A stretch of 64,000 bases of DNA, taken from assembly GCA_020852295.1 (NCBI GenBank), contig JADZBC010000009.1, positions 216,058 to 280,057 of the forward strand, read 5' to 3'. This document shows, piece by piece, positions 58,061 to 64,000 of the stretch (positions within the stretch are counted from its first letter, which is position 1; every line of letters starts with the position of its first letter). The DNA comes from a bacterium. GTDB taxonomy: Bacteria; Patescibacteriota; Saccharimonadia; CAILAD01; JADZBC01. The notes beneath the pieces are model-generated. The model made no database searches. It had not been told where the DNA came from and saw only the letters and a program-made list of their open reading frames with translations. A program made the translations under genes and the position numbers.

Positions 58061-60424
58061 ATGGCATTACGCCGCAAGTCACGTAAGCACAAGACTACTC
58101 ATAAGGCAGCATTGCATCCACATCACGCCAAACCATACCGCAAGCGACATCTGTTTGCGCTTGGCTTCTTTACCGCTTCAGTATTGGCGGTTGCTTTCTT
58201 TGGTGCTCAAAATCTAGCCAATAACGCGGCGCTCCGAACTAGTGCACAGGATGCCGCCCAGAGCATTGCAGCGAAGAACACGTTGAATACCAGCCCAATC
58301 GTTATGCGCTCAAATCTTGGTTTTGAATTAACTTACGATCCGGGAATGTTTAGTGTTACAGCAACATCCATAGAAAAAGATGGTAAACCAAAGACTTATG
58401 ATTATGCTGCTAACACCCCAACACGAGATTATTCACTGGTGCAGTTTGTACCAGCCGACACAAGCAATCAGTATGACAAGTCAGCGTTGACAGTCTATGC
58501 GCCACAGGACAAAACAGTCATACAGGCGGATCTGGCCGGTGTTGCACAAAGTTACGCCGATCGATCTGATGCCACCTTCAATGTTATTACCTCAAAAACT
58601 GAGACAGCCACCATCAACGGTCAGTCGTACCAAAAGATCACCTACGACAGTGTACCAAAGGCACGTGCTGGTAAAACAAATCTGGCAACCGTACGATCTG
58701 TTATTTATGTCGGTATTCTCGGCAATAAAAAGCCGATCATTCTCAAGATTAGTGATGTTACCGATACGATTAGTCCGCTGTCCAAATACGAAGAAGTTGT
58801 GGGTAGTCTGAAGCAGACCGGTGCGGTGGCTGCAGCGGCAAGCTTTGATCGCCAGGTGCTCATGACGGCTGCCGACATTGTCACAAAACGTAGTGGCAAG
58901 TTGAGCCTGGCAAGCGCAAATGCGTTTACTGATCGCGCTGAGGCAGCTACGTTACCTGATGCTAGCTCACGTGTCACCAACGAATACACACCGGCAGTGA
59001 CGAAGATTTATCACCTCAACTGTGGGTCGATTACCTATCAGGGGCAACCGCTCCTGCGAGATGGCTGCCTTGGCGTTACCGGCACAGGCTTCTTTGTCTC
59101 GGCAGACGGCTACATTGCCACCAACGGCCACGTTGTTTCTACGACTGCCAAGGATATCGTAGCGTACTCACTCAGCGAAGAAGTGCTGCGTCGTATCTTT
59201 GAGATTGAAGGCTACTCGCCAGCGGAAATCGATGAGCTCATTAACACAGTGTTGTCTGATCCAACCGCAGCTGCTGCAGTGCTCGCCGCGATCTATAAGT
59301 TGCCCGAAGGCTACCTCAAGATCAATAATCAGCTTGATGTGTATCTAGCGACACTTGGGAAAGATGCCCCAGATACGAAGAGCTTCCTGCGATCCCGTAG
59401 CTATAGTGATACATCAACTATTAAAAATGCGAAGCTTATCGGCTATGACTACGACAGCGCCGATCTCGTATCGACCAAGTTCACGCACTCCGATGTGGCC
59501 TTGCTGAAGCTGGATGGCAAAGACTTTCCAGTTACGACTCTCGGTAGTATCGACGGTGTTTCCAAGGGTTCTAAGTTGACGGTTATCGGCTTCCCAGGAA
59601 TTGCCGATCAGGGTGGTGGCTTAACTGATGCTACCAAGATCGAAGCGACTGCTACAACCGGCACTGTCAGTGCGATTCGCGACAGTAATGACGGTAAGCG
59701 CAAGTTGATCCAGTCTGACGCGAAGATAAGTCACGGCAACAGTGGTGGTCCAGTATTTGACGAGTCAGGTAAAGTCTTCGGGCTCGCTACCTATGTTTTG
59801 ACCGGTGAAAATGGCGATAGTAACTACTCATATATGCGCGACATCAAAGACCTCAAGGACCTAGCGCGCGATAAGGGCGTTACGTTTGATACCAATAGTG
59901 CCACCCAAAAGGCTTGGTCGGCTGGTCTCGACAGCTTCTATAAGGCGCACTACACGGCTGCCATTAACAAGTTCAAAGAAGCTCAGAAGCTCTACCCGTC
60001 ACTTGCCTTGGCTGATGACCTTATCAAAACAGCGCAGACTAAGATTGCCAACGGGGAAGAAGTCCCAGAGCCAATTTGGAGCTTCCTGCTCTGGGGTGTT
60101 GGAATTCTCTCGCTGGGCGGTGCAGTCGTCATGGTTGTGATTATCTCCAAGCACCGTGTTAAGCATGCAGTTTACACGGCGACGAATGCTGGTCAGACGC
60201 CATTGGCCGCGGCAGTGCCTGCAATGGCTGGTGCTCCAGCTGCTGCACCAGCAACCGGTTTTTCCGCACCTAAAGTAGCAATGGGGCCAATGCCACCAAC
60301 GGCAGTCCAGCCACAGATGCAGCAACCTGTTGCACCACAACAGCCGCCAGCGCAACCGCCGGTGCAACCTCAGCCGCCGCAGGGCCCTACTCCGCCGCAA
60401 AATCCACCAACCATGCCAGTCTAA
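58061..60424 (+). CDS. Membrane-anchored trypsin-like serine protease
   Basis: Catalytic triad ATNGHVV / SDVALLK / HGNSGGP; N- and C-terminal TM helices; Pro/Gln-rich tail. Confidence 0.88.
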   Translation: MALRRKSRKHKTTHKAALHPHHAKPYRKRHLFALGFFTASVLAVAFFGAQNLANNAALRTSAQDAAQSIAAKNTLNTSPIVMRSNLGFELTYDPGMFSVTATSIEKDGKPKTYDYAANTPTRDYSLVQFVPADTSNQYDKSALTVYAPQDKTVIQADLAGVAQSYADRSDATFNVITSKTETATINGQSYQKITYDSVPKARAGKTNLATVRSVIYVGILGNKKPIILKISDVTDTISPLSKYEEVVGSLKQTGAVAAAASFDRQVLMTAADIVTKRSGKLSLASANAFTDRAEAATLPDASSRVTNEYTPAVTKIYHLNCGSITYQGQPLLRDGCLGVTGTGFFVSADGYIATNGHVVSTTAKDIVAYSLSEEVLRRIFEIEGYSPAEIDELINTVLSDPTAAAAVLAAIYKLPEGYLKINNQLDVYLATLGKDAPDTKSFLRSRSYSDTSTIKNAKLIGYDYDSADLVSTKFTHSDVALLKLDGKDFPVTTLGSIDGVSKGSKLTVIGFPGIADQGGGLTDATKIEATATTGTVSAIRDSNDGKRKLIQSDAKISHGNSGGPVFDESGKVFGLATYVLTGENGDSNYSYMRDIKDLKDLARDKGVTFDTNSATQKAWSAGLDSFYKAHYTAAINKFKEAQKLYPSLALADDLIKTAQTKIANGEEVPEPIWSFLLWGVGILSLGGAVVMVVIISKHRVKHAVYTATNAGQTPLAAAVPAMAGAPAAAPATGFSAPKVAMGPMPPTAVQPQMQQPVAPQQPPAQPPVQPQPPQGPTPPQNPPTMPV

Positions 60425-60495
60425 CAAGATAGGCAGTCGAGGCCCATCGTTTGATGGGCCTCGTGTATAATGTACGTATAAACATAAGAGGTTAC

Positions 60496-61266
60496 ATGGC
60501 GACGCAAAGTCAGAAGATTACAAAACTGGTTCGATTTAATCGCATCATGGCCGCCCTCCATTTCCTTCAGGGCGTAGCAATGGTATTGCTTAGTAAGAAT
60601 TTTACATTGCCCATTCAGGCAAATTTCTTGAGTTTTGACGTAAAGACCCAAAGCCTCGTTCCTGCCACCAAGACTCTCTTTGATCTGCCGTTAGCTTGGC
60701 TCGTAGCTGGCTTTTTATTTATGTCAGCTGCTGCACACCTCATAATCTCGACCATTTATAAGAAGCGCTACGAGAAGGGGCTCAAGCAGGGTATCAATCG
60801 GGCTCGTTGGATCGAATACTCTATTTCAGCCAGTACCATGATGGTGGCGATTGCTCTGCTGGTTGGTATCTATGACGCGGGGCTTTTGATTGCTATCTTT
60901 GCGCTAACTGCTGTCATGAACTTGCTGGGTTTGGTTATGGAGATCCACAATCAAACTACTCAAAAAACAAATTGGGTTAGCTATATCGTAGGCTGCATCA
61001 GCGGAATAGTACCCTGGATTGTGGTAGCACTTTACTTCTGGTCAGCTGCCCAGTACGGTGACGGCAAAATCCCAGACTTTGTGTACTGGATATATGTCAG
61101 TATTTTTATCTTCTTCAACTGCTTTGCCATCAATATGATTCTGCAATACAAGAAGTGGGGCAAGTGGTCAGACTACCTTTATGGTGAGCGCGCCTACATC
61201 ATCCTGAGTCTTGTTGCGAAATCGCTTCTTGCGTGGCAGGTTTTTGCCGGTACACTGCGCCCCTAG
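60496..61266 (+). CDS. Heliorhodopsin
   Basis: LHFLQ in TM1, RWIEYSISAS in TM3 and retinal-binding LSLVAKSLLAW in TM7. Confidence 0.92.
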   Translation: MATQSQKITKLVRFNRIMAALHFLQGVAMVLLSKNFTLPIQANFLSFDVKTQSLVPATKTLFDLPLAWLVAGFLFMSAAAHLIISTIYKKRYEKGLKQGINRARWIEYSISASTMMVAIALLVGIYDAGLLIAIFALTAVMNLLGLVMEIHNQTTQKTNWVSYIVGCISGIVPWIVVALYFWSAAQYGDGKIPDFVYWIYVSIFIFFNCFAINMILQYKKWGKWSDYLYGERAYIILSLVAKSLLAWQVFAGTLRP

Positions 61267-61384
61267 CACAAAAAATAGACATTATTTAGAAATTATTGTA
61301 TAATTCTAATCGTATGATGAATGTCGAGCTCTATGAAGGTTTTCTCGCTGTTCATTAGTGAAGAAAACATAACGAAAGGCATTC

Positions 61385-62599
61385 ATGAGAAAGCGATCTT
61401 TTTCGCGTCCAAGCTCACCACGCAGTGGTGGCCAGTTTCGACGTAACGGTAGGGTAGTAAATTTTAACAGTCGACCAAAACGCGGTCCTGCAGCGATTGA
61501 CCCACAGCGGTTCATCAATAAAGCAATAGCGCCAGTTGAGCAAGAGGTCTATGTACCTCATCATCAGTTTACGGATTTTGCTTTTACCGAAGGACTGAAA
61601 GCAAATATTATTAAGCGCGGTTTTACCGCCCCAACCCCAATCCAAGATAAATCCATAACGCCGGTGCTTGAAGGGCGAGACCTGATTGGTCTGGCCAATA
61701 CGGGTACCGGTAAGACGGCAGCCTTTTTGCTGCCCCTAATTGATCACATGCAGCGCCGCAACGGTCGTGGGACCGTACTGATTGTCGTGCCCACACGAGA
61801 GCTAGCAGTGCAGATTGATGATGAGTTTCGAGAATTTGGCAAAGGCTTGCGACTATATTCGGCACTCTGTGTTGGCGGCGCGAGTATGAATCGACAAATC
61901 GAGCAGTTGCGACGCCGGCCGCAGTTTGTGATCGGTACGCCGGGACGTCTCAAGGACTTGGTCCAGCAACGCGTACTGAAGCTTGAGCACACCAACGCGT
62001 TGGTGCTCGATGAGGCTGATCGCATGCTCGACATGGGCTTTATTAACGATATTGAATTTCTGATGAGTAAGCTGCCAGAAGAGCGCCAGTCACTTTGTTT
62101 TTCGGCAACGCTTAGTCCGGAGATCGAGCGCTTAGTGCATCGTTTGCTCAAAGACCCGGTGACTGTATCAGTGCGAACCGCCGAAACAAGTCAGAATGTC
62201 GATCAGGACATTGTGCGGGCTGGCAGCAAAGAGGAGAAGCTGGAGCTTCTTATTGACCTACTTAAGCAAGAAGATTTTGACAAGGTGTTGGTGTTTGGTC
62301 AGACAAAGTGGGGAGTGCAACGCTTGGCCGACACTTTGAAGAAGCACGATATTGTAGCTGAAGCCATTCACGGCGACAAGTCTCAGCCACAGCGCCAGAA
62401 AGCACTGCGGGCCTTCAAGAATAACCAAGCGAAAGTATTGGTGGCGACCGACGTTGCGGCGCGCGGACTCGACATTCCAAATGTTTCGCACGTGATCAAC
62501 TTTGATCAGCCTAATAACTATGACGATTACATCCACCGTATCGGTCGAACCGGTCGTGGTGGCAAGGCCGGCAAAGCACTGACCTTCGTCGCACACTAA
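61385..62599 (+). CDS. DEAD-box RNA helicase
   Basis: PTPIQ, TGTGKT, PTRELA, DEAD, SAT and HRIGRTGR motifs. Confidence 0.96.
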   Translation: MRKRSFSRPSSPRSGGQFRRNGRVVNFNSRPKRGPAAIDPQRFINKAIAPVEQEVYVPHHQFTDFAFTEGLKANIIKRGFTAPTPIQDKSITPVLEGRDLIGLANTGTGKTAAFLLPLIDHMQRRNGRGTVLIVVPTRELAVQIDDEFREFGKGLRLYSALCVGGASMNRQIEQLRRRPQFVIGTPGRLKDLVQQRVLKLEHTNALVLDEADRMLDMGFINDIEFLMSKLPEERQSLCFSATLSPEIERLVHRLLKDPVTVSVRTAETSQNVDQDIVRAGSKEEKLELLIDLLKQEDFDKVLVFGQTKWGVQRLADTLKKHDIVAEAIHGDKSQPQRQKALRAFKNNQAKVLVATDVAARGLDIPNVSHVINFDQPNNYDDYIHRIGRTGRGGKAGKALTFVAH

Positions 62600-62649
62600 A
62601 AGTCTCTGGCCAATAGGCGTATAATTGAACTGTAAGCAAGGAGAAATAT

Positions 62650-63039
62650 ATGTCGACTTACATTCATGATGCAAAGGACAAAGCCAAAGAAAACAGCTAT
62701 TTCCGCCAAGTAGTAGCACACTCAGACAAGACCCAGGTGGTCTTGATGAGCTTGCTACCAGGTGAAGATATTGGTATGGAAGTGCACCCCAACGAGGATC
62801 AGGTGCTCTACTGCGTAGCGGGTAGCGGTAAATGTGTTTTGGATGGTGCTGAGCACTCGTTTGAGAAGGGGGATGTGGTGCTTGTCAGTGCCGGTACTGA
62901 GCACAACTTTATCAACGGTGACGATGAACCAATGAAGATTATCACTACCTACTCACCACCTCACCACAAGGATGGCACTGTTCACAAGACAAAAGCCGAT
63001 GCCGAAGCAGCTGAGGCTGCAGAACACGGCGACTCCTAG
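62650..63039 (+). CDS. Cupin domain protein
   Basis: GEDIGMEVH, G.EHN and YSPPHH motifs. Confidence 0.9.
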   Translation: MSTYIHDAKDKAKENSYFRQVVAHSDKTQVVLMSLLPGEDIGMEVHPNEDQVLYCVAGSGKCVLDGAEHSFEKGDVVLVSAGTEHNFINGDDEPMKIITTYSPPHHKDGTVHKTKADAEAAEAAEHGDS

Positions 63040-63143
63040 TCTTTTACAAAAGACACAAAAAGGCAACCAATTAGGTTGCCTTTTTAGTAAAATTATGTTA
63101 TAGTATCAACCTTCGTTTTGTTCGTCTAGCGGGGAGGTATCCC

Positions 63144-63854
63144 ATGGAAGCGAAGAAGCCATCTGCCCGCGAGCTCGTCTCACTGGCAGTTCTCGTGACG
63201 GTCTTCACTTGGTTGAGCCGTCGTCGTGTTGGACTCGGCCTCAGCCGAGCACGGAGTGGCTGGAAGGCCAACCCGCTGCGCATGGTTGCGCAACTGGTCA
63301 CCTCGGTGATCATCGGCCAGGGCATCTTCTGGCTGGTGGGTTACGACCAGCTTGGTATCAGCATGAACCCGACTCATCAGATGGGTCGACTCAAGCAATT
63401 GGCCGAGCGATTGGCTGAGAAGGTGCCGGATGACCCGCTCTGGGCCTGGCTCCTCAAGGCGCTTGAAATCGCCACCGACTTCGGGAAGTGCCCGATCGAG
63501 GGAGCGGTTTACCTGCGTCACGGCATCGTCAGCGATGCCGTAGCGGCTGGTGTGACGCAGCCATGGTGGAGTGTGGTCGAGGGAGCTGAGAAGTTCAACG
63601 GGGCGCTGATGCATCCCGAGCGGGTCAACACCCGTGAGCAGATCGCGCTCTCGATCGGCTGCACACTCGGCAGCCTATTCCGCTACCTGTTGGCCGCGAT
63701 CGTGTGGTTCGGTGGCGGTGTCATCAATCGCCAGCTGACCGATCGACTCGAACGCGGCTATCGCGAGCTGGACCCCGTGATCATCACTGGTTCTGGTGTG
63801 GTGGTGGCAGTCATCATCGGTCACGGCCTTCGGGTCGGCAACCAGACGAACTGA
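63144..63854 (+). CDS. Hypothetical membrane protein, GC-rich cassette
   Basis: Promoter TTGCCT-17-TATAGT (63076-63104); SD GGGGAGGT; hydrophobic segments; structured trailer 63859-63910. Confidence 0.72.
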   Translation: MEAKKPSARELVSLAVLVTVFTWLSRRRVGLGLSRARSGWKANPLRMVAQLVTSVIIGQGIFWLVGYDQLGISMNPTHQMGRLKQLAERLAEKVPDDPLWAWLLKALEIATDFGKCPIEGAVYLRHGIVSDAVAAGVTQPWWSVVEGAEKFNGALMHPERVNTREQIALSIGCTLGSLFRYLLAAIVWFGGGVINRQLTDRLERGYRELDPVIITGSGVVVAVIIGHGLRVGNQTN

Positions 63855-64000
63855 AGTACGACCCCGGTGGGCACAGCGATCTCGAATCCGTCCTGCCGGG
63901 GTCGCTGTGCGTTTATTTGATACTACTCGAATCTGAGTTGGTTTTGAGTTACAATTGTTGGTATATAACGCTTATGGATATCAAAAAAGTACCAGCTTCA

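Overview
Gene-dense ~50% GC chromosomal segment that looks like Patescibacteria (CPR), most likely Saccharibacteria. This is an inference from a shortened AlaRS, an FtsA-like/baseplate-J-like/RuvX/MltG cluster, two MurF paralogues, apparently leaderless genes and no biosynthetic pathways. The backbone is housekeeping: iscS-like, mnmA, alaS, obg, leuS, rpmF, nusB, rnc, smc, rpsP, trmD, nrdJ, typA, a DEAD-box helicase, tRNA-Ala and tRNA-Gln. The main discovery is a dispersed set of about a dozen self-contained single-gene units wedged between backbone genes. Most have a host-type sigma70 promoter, a transcript with strongly GC-rich codons, a Shine-Dalgarno site and a hairpin-rich 3' trailer. In at least six, the 5' leader is complementary to the sequence at or just after the stop codon, so the mRNA could close into a loop. 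Two tandem arrays (35.9-37.2 kb and 54.25-56.0 kb) carry highly divergent paralogous ORFs but conserved structured UTRs, some with compensatory changes. Cargo includes lipid enzymes, an ATP-grasp-like ligase and putative nucleic-acid-binding proteins. One untested hypothesis is that these are structurally tagged mRNAs adapted to function in a high-GC (actinobacterial) host cell. Also found: an aromatic/His-rich leader-peptide attenuator upstream of a HAD hydrolase, structured leaders for rpmF and a LysM-CHAP gene, NrdR boxes and a heliorhodopsin.
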